From Phycisphaerae bacterium (GTDB lineage Bacteria; Planctomycetota; Phycisphaerae; UBA1845; Fen-1342), in the NCBI GenBank assembly GCA_050115495.1, contig JASFQK010000010.1:32001-96000 (forward strand): 64,000 nt of DNA, given 5' to 3'. Below are positions 26,441 through 36,430 of this stretch, one piece after another; within the stretch, counting starts at the first letter, position 1, and each line of letters opens with the position of its first letter. Both the position numbers and the translations under genes were made by a program. Under the pieces are notes generated by a model. It saw only the letters and a program-made list of their open reading frames with translations, was not told the origin of the DNA and made no database searches.

Positions 26441-29416
26441 CTACTTCTCCCGCAACTCGATCGCGCCGGACCAGTCGGGTCCCGGCGGTGTATTGCCGAA
26501 CGCGTCGATCGCTTCCACGTAACGCTGCGCCGCCAAGTCCGCTGACCGTTGCTCGCGACACGCCGTGAACGCCGAGCGGGCCGGTTCCCAGGCCCGCTCC
26601 TGGAAGAGCGCCACAGCCTGTCCGAATCTATCGGCGTATTCGCGGTCGTCGGCGTTGATTTCGTCGGCACGCCCGAGGAGCTCGAAGATGGGGACGGGCT
26701 GGCGTTTGCCGATGACCTGCACGCCGCCGAGCGGGCGGAAGCCGAAGCTCTCGCCGACGACGTCGTGGGTGCTGCCGGCTACGAGGCTGCGCGTGCCGTA
26801 GAACTTGTTGGCCGATTCGAGCCGGGCGGCGAGGTTCACCGTGTCGCCGATGCAGGTGTAGTCGTATTTCTGCTCAGAGCCGCACGGCCCGACGACGGCC
26901 GGCCCGGTGGCCACGCCTACGCGGAGCACCAGTTCGGCGAAGGTCTCGTCACCGCCGGCGCGGCGCTGCTCGTCGGCGAGATCACGCAGGGCGCGGTGCA
27001 GGTCGACGGCGGTTTCGCAGGCCCGGCGGGCGTGGTCGGGCTGCGGATAGATCAGCGGGTTCCAGAAGACGAAGATGCCGTCGCCGATGAATTTGCTGAT
27101 GGGGGCCTCGTAGGCGAGCATCACTTCGCTACACCGGCCGAGGCAGGTATTGAGCACGTGCTGGGTGCGTTCGGCGCCGATGCGCTCCGAGATCGCCGTG
27201 AAGCCTTTGAAATCGGTGAAGACGGCGGTTACGACGCGGGTCTCCGCCCGGCGGCAGAGCTCGGCGTCCTCGGACATCTTGCGGGCCAGCGTCGCCGACG
27301 TGTACTGGCTCAGCGCGGTTGCCAACTGCCGCTGCTCCCGCTCGATGAACACGTAGCGATAGCCGGCGATGGCGAGGTGGCTGAGCAGCATGGCCGCGAC
27401 CGCCGGCGTGATGGCGATCCAGAACGTGTACGCGCGGAACGCCCACCAGCCGGCCACGCCGACCAGCAGGAGGAGCAGCACTGCGACCCGCAGTCCGGCC
27501 ACGCGCGGCGAACGATGCACGCTCAACAGGCTGGCCAGTACGCCGCAGCAGGCGGCCAGCAGGATGTTCACCGCCGGTGGGGCCCAGCGCACCATCCGTC
27601 CGGTCAGCAGGCCGTTGAGCAGGTTGGCGTGGGCCATGATGCCCGGGGCCATCGACATCGTCGGGAACGGTCGCAGGTCGGCCAGCGACGTCGCCGTGTA
27701 GCCGATCATGCAGATCTTGCCCGAGACGCGCGAGCGCAGCAGCTTCAGGGCTTCGTCGATCGTCGTGTCGTATTCCTTGTTGGCGGCGAGGACGCGCTCG
27801 ATGTCGCGCAGGTCGCGCAGGGCTTCGGCCTCGACGCCGCCGTCCGCTTCCAGCCGGGCGATCTCCGCCGCCGCGTCTGCTGCCAGTTGCGGCCAGGCTT
27901 CCGTGAGCAGGGTCTGGTACTGCGAAATCCAGTTGTCGATTTCCGCCGTTGTCTCGGCATCGTCGCGGTAGCGGGCCAGTCGCCGTTCGGAGCCGAGCTC
28001 GAGGTAGCGTTTCAGGTCGCCGTGCAGTTGCTCGTGGCTCGTCAGCCGGCCGACGACGAGTAGTCGGCCCAGGGCGTCCAGGAGCAGTCCCTCGTTGTGC
28101 GAGATGGCCAGTCGGTTGTCACAGACTTGCCAGACGGCGCCCGCCGGCACGTGCTCGCCGAATTGCTCCGTCCACGCCGATTTCGTGGTCCAGGGGACGA
28201 CCGCCTGACCGTGCTCGTCGAGTTGCACGGTGAGCGTGCCGCCCGTGTCGCCACGCCGCACGGTCAGCACGCCGGGGCGGGCGCTCAGGCCGTCCGTGGT
28301 CACCTGCATGGCGTCGAGGGCGACGGCGAAGGCCAGCTCGGGCAGGACGTGCCCTTCGTGCTGCACGACCAGGCGGATCCGCCGCACGACGCCGTCCACA
28401 TCGTCCTTGAACACGACGAACCCGCAGCCCCTCGCGGCCCGGGCCAGCGGGAAGTACACGGGGGCGATCTCGGCGACGGGCTCGGCGACGGGGGCCAGGG
28501 TATCCAGCGGAACCGTTCCCGGTCGTGTGGTCGCCGCGTAGCTGAGCACGCTGCGCAAGGCCTTGGCCACGTCCAGCCGGTAGCGACCGCGGGTAGCCTC
28601 GGCGGGTTCGATCAGCTCGGCGTGCAGGGCGGCGAACAGGTCATACGCCGGCTGCTGCCAGCGCTGCGGGTCGGCGGCCAGCCACTCCCGAATCCAGCCG
28701 ATCAGCGCCATCTGGCGGCAGTCCTGCACTCGGCTCGTGGGTTCGAGCGGCGATGTGCCCACCGCGTCGGCGAGGGCGTGCTCGTCGAGCAGCGGCTGCG
28801 TCTCAAGAGCGTGCACGATCTTCGCCCAGAGCAGCGGCCGGTCGGCGCCCTGTGATGCCAGGGTGGCGGCTCGCTCGCGGGCGGCGGTCTCGTCGCCGGC
28901 GCGCACGGCGTCGAGCAGTCCGGCGAACTCCGCGCTCTGCAGCAGCCCGCCGGCGCCGTAGTCGAATGCCAGGTAGACACCGCCGACGTCGGCGATCGTC
29001 GTGCGCAGCTCGTGGTCGGGGAAGGCCAGCAGCGCGTCCTGGGCCTCCCAGTGCAGCGGATCGCCGCCCACGTCGGCCTGTTCGGCGACGATCGAACGCA
29101 TCGCTTCCGGCTCGCTGAGCGTGATGTCGTAGAGCAGGGCTGAGGCGCCGGCCTCGTGTAAGACGCTGAGAATGCCGGCCTGCACGTCGCGCGGCCAGGG
29201 CCAGCGGCCGACGAGTTGCAGGGCCTCGTCGTCGATATCCACGCAGGCAAGGCGCTCATCCTCGGGGACGTCCCCCGCGATCTGGCAGCGCCAGTCGAAC
29301 GTCTTCAGCTCGATCCAGTCGAGGCCCCCCAGGGCGTAGACGACCAGCGTGGCCGCCGTGGCGGCGAGGCCGATCAGCAGGGCGGTCAGGTTGGCGCGTC
29401 GCTGTCGCCGGGTCAC
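26441..29416 (-). CDS. Membrane class III adenylate/guanylate cyclase with CHASE2 sensor
   Basis: VDIDD..GRWPWPR, DVDGVVRR and PGIMAHAN (CHASE2); three TMs; FTDFKGFT, KFIGDG and DYTCIGDTVNLAARLESANK. Confidence 0.93.
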   Translation of the reverse strand: MTRRQRRANLTALLIGLAATAATLVVYALGGLDWIELKTFDWRCQIAGDVPEDERLACVDIDDEALQLVGRWPWPRDVQAGILSVLHEAGASALLYDITLSEPEAMRSIVAEQADVGGDPLHWEAQDALLAFPDHELRTTIADVGGVYLAFDYGAGGLLQSAEFAGLLDAVRAGDETAARERAATLASQGADRPLLWAKIVHALETQPLLDEHALADAVGTSPLEPTSRVQDCRQMALIGWIREWLAADPQRWQQPAYDLFAALHAELIEPAEATRGRYRLDVAKALRSVLSYAATTRPGTVPLDTLAPVAEPVAEIAPVYFPLARAARGCGFVVFKDDVDGVVRRIRLVVQHEGHVLPELAFAVALDAMQVTTDGLSARPGVLTVRRGDTGGTLTVQLDEHGQAVVPWTTKSAWTEQFGEHVPAGAVWQVCDNRLAISHNEGLLLDALGRLLVVGRLTSHEQLHGDLKRYLELGSERRLARYRDDAETTAEIDNWISQYQTLLTEAWPQLAADAAAEIARLEADGGVEAEALRDLRDIERVLAANKEYDTTIDEALKLLRSRVSGKICMIGYTATSLADLRPFPTMSMAPGIMAHANLLNGLLTGRMVRWAPPAVNILLAACCGVLASLLSVHRSPRVAGLRVAVLLLLLVGVAGWWAFRAYTFWIAITPAVAAMLLSHLAIAGYRYVFIEREQRQLATALSQYTSATLARKMSEDAELCRRAETRVVTAVFTDFKGFTAISERIGAERTQHVLNTCLGRCSEVMLAYEAPISKFIGDGIFVFWNPLIYPQPDHARRACETAVDLHRALRDLADEQRRAGGDETFAELVLRVGVATGPAVVGPCGSEQKYDYTCIGDTVNLAARLESANKFYGTRSLVAGSTHDVVGESFGFRPLGGVQVIGKRQPVPIFELLGRADEINADDREYADRFGQAVALFQERAWEPARSAFTACREQRSADLAAQRYVEAIDAFGNTPPGPDWSGAIELREK

Positions 29417-29493
29417 AAGGGGTTATGTTGCCCCATCCGCGGAAAGTCGCAAGTCCCCGGGGGCGTTTGGGTCCGTGCTGGATGTCCGTGGGG

Positions 29494-29520
29494 AGCCTTC
29501 AGCCGTCAGCCTTCAGCTAC
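29494..29520. repeat. Short heptamer tandem repeat (AGCCTTC-AGCCGTC-AGCCTTC-AGC)
   Basis: Seen directly in the intergenic DNA. Confidence 0.5.
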
Positions 29521-29650
29521 GGAGCCTTGAGCCGAAGGTAGTGCAATGTGGGCGAGTCCGGGACGCGGTTGGCATGCGGTGGTGACCCGCTCGCTGCCGC
29601 TCGGGGCTCGGATTGGCGTGGACACGCCTTGCCCGTCGCTACCGCCCGCG

Positions 29651-30499
29651 CTAGTTCATGGCGACGATGGCTGCTTCGAGGCGCTTGAGGTTGCCGCGGA
29701 CGAGCTCGCGATCGGTGGCCTGGGGGGCGCGATCGAGGTAGACGCGCAGGAAGCCGTACGCACCGCGGACGTCGCCGAGACGCGTGGAGACCGCGGCGAG
29801 ATCCTGGAAGTGCCGGCCGTTGCGCGGCTCGAGCGCCGCCAGCCGGCGGAGCACCGTGGCCAGGTTGTGCCAGGCGCCTTCGGCCAGGTAGATGCCGCGG
29901 AGGTTCAGGAGGATGCGCGAGAGGATGGCCCGCGTGCCGAGCGGCTTCAGCATCTTGCGGGAGAAGCGCATCGGACGCTCGATGTGCTCGGCCACGAGGT
30001 GAATGCAGTCGTCGACTGAGAGCGACTGCCCCTCATTGAAGGGATCGGCGAGCACGAAGCGCTCGGGATCATCGATGCGGACGAGGAAGTGCCCGGGCAG
30101 GGCGATGCCGCCCACGGGCCATTTCAGCCGGCGAGCTACCTCAATCCACAACGCGGACAGCGTGACGGGGACGCCGAGCTGGCGGTCGAGGACGCGGTTG
30201 AAGTAGCTGTTCTGCGGATCGTAGTAGTCCTGGTCGTTGCCGCGGAAGCCGTGCAGGCCGACGAGGACGTCGCGCAGGGCACGATAGCGGGCGATGGCGG
30301 CCAGGCCGGGCCGCCGGGCCGCTACCTCTTCCGCCAGGTTGTCGAGCTGGCGCAGGTACGAGGCGACTTCGATCCTCGGGAAGATGTCGCGGGCGAGGTG
30401 CAGCGCAGCGCAATCGAGGCGGATGTGCCGCGTGTCCAACTGCACGAGCAAGTCGAAAGGATGGCGATTCACGCCTTCGTCCCCCTCCAAGGGGTACAT
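29651..30499 (-). CDS. SirB1/transglutaminase-like (Transglut_core2) protein with TPR
   Basis: GFRGNDQDYYDPQNSYFNRVLDRQLGVPVTLS, PGHFLVR, DPFNEG and RILLNL motifs; start uncertain (30499-30541). Confidence 0.88.
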   Translation of the reverse strand: MYPLEGDEGVNRHPFDLLVQLDTRHIRLDCAALHLARDIFPRIEVASYLRQLDNLAEEVAARRPGLAAIARYRALRDVLVGLHGFRGNDQDYYDPQNSYFNRVLDRQLGVPVTLSALWIEVARRLKWPVGGIALPGHFLVRIDDPERFVLADPFNEGQSLSVDDCIHLVAEHIERPMRFSRKMLKPLGTRAILSRILLNLRGIYLAEGAWHNLATVLRRLAALEPRNGRHFQDLAAVSTRLGDVRGAYGFLRVYLDRAPQATDRELVRGNLKRLEAAIVAMN

Positions 30500-30931
30500 G
30501 AGAAGCTGTGTCGTCCGTACGCGCATGATAGTCAGCGACACCCCACGGAAGCGAGCTTTTTTTCTAGCGTGCCGTTATCAGACGAGTGCGGCGCAGTCGC
30601 GCAGAACGTAGCGCGCAGAGCGGCGCGCGCGGACGTGAGCACGCGCTGATTCGTGCGTCATCGCATGTCCGAAACCGCATGCGGCGGCGTGCGACGCCGT
30701 GACGGAAATCCGTCCATGATGGTCCATGAGGCTCGACATTTGTCGTGAAAAGCTGATACCGCCGGTTGTATCCGGACGTAGGTCTGGTAGCATGCCTCGC
30801 GGTGTATTGGTATTGGCGCTCGGCGCGGTCACGTTGCGGGCGACTACCCTGCCGCCGTCAGTCCGGTTCCGCCGGACGACGTCGCTGACCGAGGCCGGGT
30901 CGAGTAAGGTCTTGAACCAAGGAGGTCGTTC

Positions 30932-32425
30932 ATGTCCAAGCTTGGCCGTAGACGTACATTGACAGTCCTGGCCGCCGGGTTGGTTGTGTCGCTGGCATGC
31001 GCTGCGCCCGGGGTGGCGGGCAGCGACGACGACGTGGCCCAGCTCCAGGCACTGCTGGAAGCCCAGCAGCAGCGGATCGATTCCCTTCAACAGCAGGTGG
31101 CCGACGCCAGCACGCAGGATTCGGACGCGGCCCGACTGGACGCGATGCGCAACCAGATCCGGGAGATCCTGGGTGAGCAGGAGTTCCGTGAGAGCCTGAT
31201 GCCGTCGATGCTGCAAGCCGGTTACGACAACGGCTTCTTCATCCGCAGTAGCGACGACCAGTTCCTGATGAAGTTCCACGGCCGCATGCAGTTCCGCTGG
31301 AACCACTACGCGACGCGGTCGGACAACCGCTACCTCCTGCCGCGGACCGAGCGTGACGATCAGACCGGCTTCGACATCAAACGCGTGCGCTTCCACATCG
31401 ACGGCCACGTGTACACGCCCGACCTGACCTACTTCCTGAAATTCTTCGCCGATGCTCCGGCCGGCTACGATGTGCAGGTGCTCTACGCCTGGTTGAACTA
31501 TCGCTTCCGCGATGAGTTCCAGATGAAGTTCGGTATGTTCCAGTTGGCGTCGACCCGGGCCGGCTTCGCCTCGAGCGGGAACATGCAGTTCGTCGAGTAC
31601 CCGGAGACGGTTGCCGTCTTCGACCCCGGTGAGGGTCTGGGCGTGCGGATCTGGGGCCAGCTCTTCGAGAAGAAGCTGGAATACTTCCTGGACATCGCCA
31701 ACTCGCTGAACGGCCGCGCCAACCGCACCATTACGACGGACGGGGCCCGCGAGCTGGATAACAACCCGGCGATCGTCTTCCGCGCCGTGTGGCACGCCAT
31801 CGGCGAAGAGCCCACGCGTGACTTCGTTTCCTGGGCCGACATCGACCACAAGGAAACCCCCTGCCTCGACCTCGGCTTCCACTACATGTTCAACGATGAC
31901 GCCGGCGACCTGCGCACCACCCGCGTCGTCTTCGGTCGCCGCACGCCGCTTGAGGGTGGCTTCGGCGTGACGAATTCCAACGGCGTGCAGATCAACCAGT
32001 TCGGTCTCGACGCCGCCTTCAAGTACCGCGGCTTCTCGCTGTCCGGCGAGTACATGCTGCGCATGCTCGACGTCCGCCGCGCCTGGCGGACGCCGTACGC
32101 GCCGCTCTGGCTGCTGACCGGCGACGACTCGACCACGGTCATGCATGGTGCGTACGTTCAGACCGGTTACTTCCTGCCCATCCCCGGCCTCGAGAAGAAG
32201 CTCGAAGCCGTGGCTCGCGTCGGCGGGATCTCGACCAACCATGGCCAGCAGGAAGGCACGTGGTTCTACTCGGCCGGCCTGAACTACTACTTGCAGGGCA
32301 ACAAGGTCAAGCTCCAGACGGACGTGACCAAGATCTCCGAAGTCCCGATCAGCTCCACGGGCTGGCTGGGCAACGTGAACGACGACGCCCTCATCTGGCG
32401 CGTCCAGCTCCAGGTCGCCTTCTAG
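30932..32425 (+). CDS. Outer-membrane porin (OprO/OprP phosphate-selective porin-like)
   Basis: Signal peptide plus coiled coil; AGYDNGFFI; GRMQFRW; GFDIKRVRF; C-terminal QLQVAF beta-signal; AAGGAGG RBS. Confidence 0.85.
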   Translation: MSKLGRRRTLTVLAAGLVVSLACAAPGVAGSDDDVAQLQALLEAQQQRIDSLQQQVADASTQDSDAARLDAMRNQIREILGEQEFRESLMPSMLQAGYDNGFFIRSSDDQFLMKFHGRMQFRWNHYATRSDNRYLLPRTERDDQTGFDIKRVRFHIDGHVYTPDLTYFLKFFADAPAGYDVQVLYAWLNYRFRDEFQMKFGMFQLASTRAGFASSGNMQFVEYPETVAVFDPGEGLGVRIWGQLFEKKLEYFLDIANSLNGRANRTITTDGARELDNNPAIVFRAVWHAIGEEPTRDFVSWADIDHKETPCLDLGFHYMFNDDAGDLRTTRVVFGRRTPLEGGFGVTNSNGVQINQFGLDAAFKYRGFSLSGEYMLRMLDVRRAWRTPYAPLWLLTGDDSTTVMHGAYVQTGYFLPIPGLEKKLEAVARVGGISTNHGQQEGTWFYSAGLNYYLQGNKVKLQTDVTKISEVPISSTGWLGNVNDDALIWRVQLQVAF

Positions 32426-32644
32426 GCTGATCGCGGAGCCTCCCGCGGTTCGGCCCGCGTGCCGAATCGCCCGACATGCTGACGCTTAGCACGGCGGCCG
32501 GCCCTGTGCCGGCCGCCGTTCGTATCCGGCAACACCCGACGGGGCGCTGCGGACGAGCGGGCCGCTTTTGCGTACACTCTGGGCGTCGGGCCGGGCGCTT
32601 CGCTGTGGATGGCGGGCGCCGCGGCAGCAGCGCGAGGACCCAAC

Positions 32645-34078
32645 ATGCCCACCGCAGGATTCGTAACGAAACGTCGCCGGCTGGCCGCCGCGATCGGGTT
32701 GGCCGTGTTGTTTGCCGGCTCCGTGGCGATTGCTCAGACCACGCAGCCGGCGAGCGTCCCGGCCGGCATCCCCTTTGCGAACGCCACGTTCGGTTTCGAG
32801 ATGATGCTGCCGCCCGGCTGGGTGTACGACCGCGGCATCTTCGCCGGCCCGCAAGGTGCCCTCGGCCTGTTGCGGGGCGAGAGCCAGGGAGCTCGGCAGG
32901 CGATGCAGATCCTCGTCTTCCGGCGGGGCGAGATGCCGCCCTTCGGTGACTGGGTGCGTGTCTTCGAGGAGGAGCTGACCGAACTGCACAAGCCGCATCC
33001 GCTCCGCCACGCCGAATGGAAGGGCCTCGATCGCCCGGCGGTGCTGCTGACCGTCGATCCGGTCGTCGCCGGCCGACGGACCATCACGCGCTACCTGTGC
33101 GTCTCGTTCGATCCGAACACCGTGTGGGTGCTGGTGGTGGCCGGCGGTGTGGACGAGGAGGCCGAGGCCGAGGCGCTGGAGTCCTTCTTCAAAACCCTGG
33201 CGGCCACGGTGCACGTCAGCTACGACGCCAATGACGTGCAGGCGGTGGCCGCGGCGCTGAAGCGCGGCATGGCCGTGCTGGAAGAGCTGCGGAGCGGGGC
33301 GGCCGGCGTCGAGGTTGACCCGGCCGAGCACTACTACGAGATGACCATCGACGGGCAGCCCGAGGGGTACATGATGCGCTGGATGCGGCGCGAGTCACAG
33401 GGGCTCGACGATCCGCGCTTCGACGACCGGCACAAGGAAGGGCTGCGCGTGCACGAAGAGTCCTGGAGCTTCGCCGAAGACGGGACCGTGCGCAACTCCG
33501 AGCTGAACCTCTTCAGCAGCCTCGACTTGCGCAGCGAGTTGATCGAGAACCGCCTCACGCAGGTGCCGGCCCCCGACGTGCAGTCGCAACGCCTCTACAT
33601 CGAACTCGACCAGTGCGTGCGTGAGGATACGGTCCTGTTCTCCAGCTTCAGCACGAACCTGACGCTGGCCTTGCCGGAGCCGCGTCGCCCGCTGCCGGTC
33701 GGGCAGGCGTATCTGGACCTAGCCTGGGCTCGTTGTCTACCGCGCCTGCTGCTGAAGGCGCCGACCGAGTCGTACGCGTTCTGGATCTACGACACGCGCA
33801 CGCGGGCGCTGACCATTCATCGCATCCAGCAGCGCGGCCCGGGCCTGGTCCCCGGCGGCAGCGGACGTCCGGGCTATGTCTTCGAGGTGCGTGAGGGCTT
33901 CGCCGCCGAACCGAGCCTCGTCTACACGGATGCTCGCGGGCAGGTCGTGCGGATGGAGATCGGCGGGTTGGTGCTGACGGCCACCGATCGCGAGCAGATC
34001 GACCGGCGTTACGGCGAGCGACGCGAGGCAGCCCGGCAGCGGATGATACCGGCGGCTACCCGTCAGCCCGCACCGTAA
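32645..34078 (+). CDS. Exported hypothetical protein (PsbP/Mog1-like N-domain plus beta-rich C-domain)
   Basis: GAGGA RBS; signal peptide ending AIAQ; FGFEMMLPPGW pattern; typical codon usage. Confidence 0.65.
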   Translation: MPTAGFVTKRRRLAAAIGLAVLFAGSVAIAQTTQPASVPAGIPFANATFGFEMMLPPGWVYDRGIFAGPQGALGLLRGESQGARQAMQILVFRRGEMPPFGDWVRVFEEELTELHKPHPLRHAEWKGLDRPAVLLTVDPVVAGRRTITRYLCVSFDPNTVWVLVVAGGVDEEAEAEALESFFKTLAATVHVSYDANDVQAVAAALKRGMAVLEELRSGAAGVEVDPAEHYYEMTIDGQPEGYMMRWMRRESQGLDDPRFDDRHKEGLRVHEESWSFAEDGTVRNSELNLFSSLDLRSELIENRLTQVPAPDVQSQRLYIELDQCVREDTVLFSSFSTNLTLALPEPRRPLPVGQAYLDLAWARCLPRLLLKAPTESYAFWIYDTRTRALTIHRIQQRGPGLVPGGSGRPGYVFEVREGFAAEPSLVYTDARGQVVRMEIGGLVLTATDREQIDRRYGERREAARQRMIPAATRQPAP

Positions 34079-34084
34079 CCGTCC

Positions 34085-35440
34085 TTACCGGCGCGTTCTC
34101 ACCGACACCGTCCAGACGAACGGCGGATCGGCCTGGAGGCGGACGCCCTCCAGCAGCACGCGGTCCGGCGGTGTGGTCTGTTCGAGGGTTAGTCCCACAT
34201 CGTCCAGGCTGGCCGCCGTCACGCGATCCAGCCGGAGAATCACGTCTCCCGGTTGCAGGCCGGCGTCGTCCGCGGGGCTGTTCGCCTCGACGTCCTCGAC
34301 GATCAGGCCCATGTGCGCCGGCAGGTCATAGTGGCGGCGCAGGCGGGCGGGGATGGGGCCCAGTTCCACGCCGATAAGCTGGCGGGCCAGCTTCTGGCCG
34401 TCGGGCAGGGGGATGGCTTGGAGCGGCACCGTCGCGGTCACGTCCTGGTCGCCGCGGTGAACGGTGAGCTTGACCTCGGCGCCGGGGTTCTTGGCCAGCA
34501 GATGCACGTAGTAGTCGATGCCGTCGCGCACGGTGTCGCCGTCGAACCGGGCGATGCGGTCGCCGGGCTTCAGGTCGGCGGCGGCGGCCGGGCTGTCCGG
34601 ACGCACGGCGACGACCCTGGCGTCTTTACCGGCCACTTGCAGGCCGAAGCGCACCCGCGCGTGTCGCTCGACGTCGAGCATGGCCGGCAGCAGCTCCCAC
34701 AGGGCGTCGACCGGGATGGCGAAGCCGATGTTCTGGGCGTCGCCGCGAATCGCCGTGTTGATGCCGATCAACTCGGCGTTGACGTTGAGCAGGGGGCCGC
34801 CGGAGTTGCCGGGGTTGATGGAGGCGTCGGTCTGGATGAGGTTGCGGTAGGTGGTGTCGCGGTTGAATTCGAGGTCGCGGTGCAGGGCGCTGACGATGCC
34901 GGCGGTGACGGTGTGCTGGAGGCCGAGCGGGTTGCCGATGGCGACGACGGTCTCGCCGACCATGATGTCGCTACTGCGGCCGAGCTTCAGGGCGGGCAGC
35001 GGGCGGTCGCCGTCGAGCTTCAGGACGGCGAGGTCGTGCTCAGGATCGACGGCGACGATATCCGCCGTCTTCGTCCGGCCGTCGGCGAAGGTCACCCGCA
35101 CGTCCGAGGCCTGGGCCACGACGTGGGCGTTGGTGACGATGTAACCGCTCTCGTGCACGATGGCACCGGAGCCGACGGACTGCACCCGCTGGTCCCGCGT
35201 ACGCGGCAGCGCGAAGTCGAAGGGGTCGTCAAAGGGCGAGTGCCGGCCCAGGGAGCGCATGCGGATGACCCGCGTCGTGCTGATGTTTACGACGGCGTCA
35301 CGCGATTTCTCGAAGACCTCGACGACGGGCGAGCGGCGGCGGTCCGGGTCGGCGGTCCGCGACGATGTAACGCCCGCGGTCAGCAGGACGGTGGCGGCCA
35401 GAACGAATACGGTTCGGCGGTGGGCATGGTTCATAAGCAT
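34085..35440 (-). CDS. HtrA/DegP-family serine protease with two PDZ domains
   Basis: TNAHVV, DLAVL and IQTDASINPGNSGGPL; two PDZ domains (SPA...LKPGD / LQPGD). Confidence 0.95.
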   Translation of the reverse strand: MLMNHAHRRTVFVLAATVLLTAGVTSSRTADPDRRRSPVVEVFEKSRDAVVNISTTRVIRMRSLGRHSPFDDPFDFALPRTRDQRVQSVGSGAIVHESGYIVTNAHVVAQASDVRVTFADGRTKTADIVAVDPEHDLAVLKLDGDRPLPALKLGRSSDIMVGETVVAIGNPLGLQHTVTAGIVSALHRDLEFNRDTTYRNLIQTDASINPGNSGGPLLNVNAELIGINTAIRGDAQNIGFAIPVDALWELLPAMLDVERHARVRFGLQVAGKDARVVAVRPDSPAAAADLKPGDRIARFDGDTVRDGIDYYVHLLAKNPGAEVKLTVHRGDQDVTATVPLQAIPLPDGQKLARQLIGVELGPIPARLRRHYDLPAHMGLIVEDVEANSPADDAGLQPGDVILRLDRVTAASLDDVGLTLEQTTPPDRVLLEGVRLQADPPFVWTVSVRTRR

Positions 35441-35613
35441 CTTCCTATCGTGCCGGTCCAGGCCGTGCTGACTCCCCCGGCCGGCCCGGTCGGTCTGATT
35501 TTATGGCGGCGGCCCGGGTGGCGGCACCGCCGGACGGGCCCTTTCCAAGTCCGTGACGGCCATTGTCGCCCATTGCTGTCAAAAAGCGCTCCCGGAGCCC
35601 CCTGGCCCGCGGC

Positions 35614-35642
35614 TTGCCGGGGCCGGTCAGCCGTGGCATAAT
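35614..35642 (+). promoter_or_regulatory. Sigma70-type promoter (TTGCCG-N17-CATAAT with extended TG)
   Basis: Correct spacing, about 50 nt upstream of the ATG at 35691. Confidence 0.45.
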
Positions 35643-35690
35643 GTTCGGTTCTGATTCATTGACATTCGTAACGTCATCGGGAGCTTGTGA

Positions 35691-36422
35691 ATGGGAGCAA
35701 CGCTCGAAGCCCTTCTGGAACTACAGGACGTCGAGCTTCAGATTGTTGATATACGCCGGCAACTCGCCCAGAAAGAGCGGCTCGTGCGGCGGCAGTCGGC
35801 CAAGCTTGAAGCGGCGCAGGCCAAGCTCGCCCAGGAACGCAGCGTACTTCAGCGCAATCAGATCGAGATAGACGAGCTCGACATGGACCTCAAGGGCCGC
35901 TCGGCCCAGGTCACGCGTCTCCGCGAGCACCTCAACTCCGTCAAGACGAACAAGGAATACGCGGCCGTTCTGGCACAGCTCAACAACGAGAAAGCGGACG
36001 CCAGCCGTCTCGAAGCCCGGGCTCTGCAGATGATGGAGGGGCTTGAGTCGCAGCGTCAGGCGGTGGCCGAGTGTGAGCGCGAGGAGCAGGAGGGGGCGGC
36101 CCGTCTCGGCGATCTGAAGTCCCAGTCGGCGCAGTCGCAGCGTACGTTTTCGGAGAAGCTCGAGGAATTGCAGGGCCGTCGGAAGCGCTGTGCAGAGGCT
36201 CTGCCGCGGGAGACGATGTCCCTGTTCGAGCGGTTGTCGGAACGCTACGAGGGCGAAGTACTGGCTCGCATCGAGCGGACGCATCCGCGGCGGGACGAGT
36301 TCACGTGCGGCGGGTGCCACATGACGCTCTCCGCGGAGACGGCCAACGCAGCCCTCACGCGGGACGACGTGCTCCAGTGCCAGAACTGCGGGCGCATTCT
36401 GTATATCTTGAAAGGCACGTAG
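35691..36422 (+). CDS. Coiled-coil C4 zinc-ribbon protein (zf-RING_7 / CT398-HP0958 family)
   Basis: LLELQDVE, TNKEY, CGGCHM and CQNCGRIL motifs. Confidence 0.92.
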   Translation: MGATLEALLELQDVELQIVDIRRQLAQKERLVRRQSAKLEAAQAKLAQERSVLQRNQIEIDELDMDLKGRSAQVTRLREHLNSVKTNKEYAAVLAQLNNEKADASRLEARALQMMEGLESQRQAVAECEREEQEGAARLGDLKSQSAQSQRTFSEKLEELQGRRKRCAEALPRETMSLFERLSERYEGEVLARIERTHPRRDEFTCGGCHMTLSAETANAALTRDDVLQCQNCGRILYILKGT

Positions 36423-36430
36423 GCGGGCGC

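Noticed and set aside
24903..26561. Apparent 905-aa ManC with a long N-terminal extension
   Set aside because: The extension is an Arg/Pro-rich alternative frame overlapping pgi; the real start with RBS is at 24902
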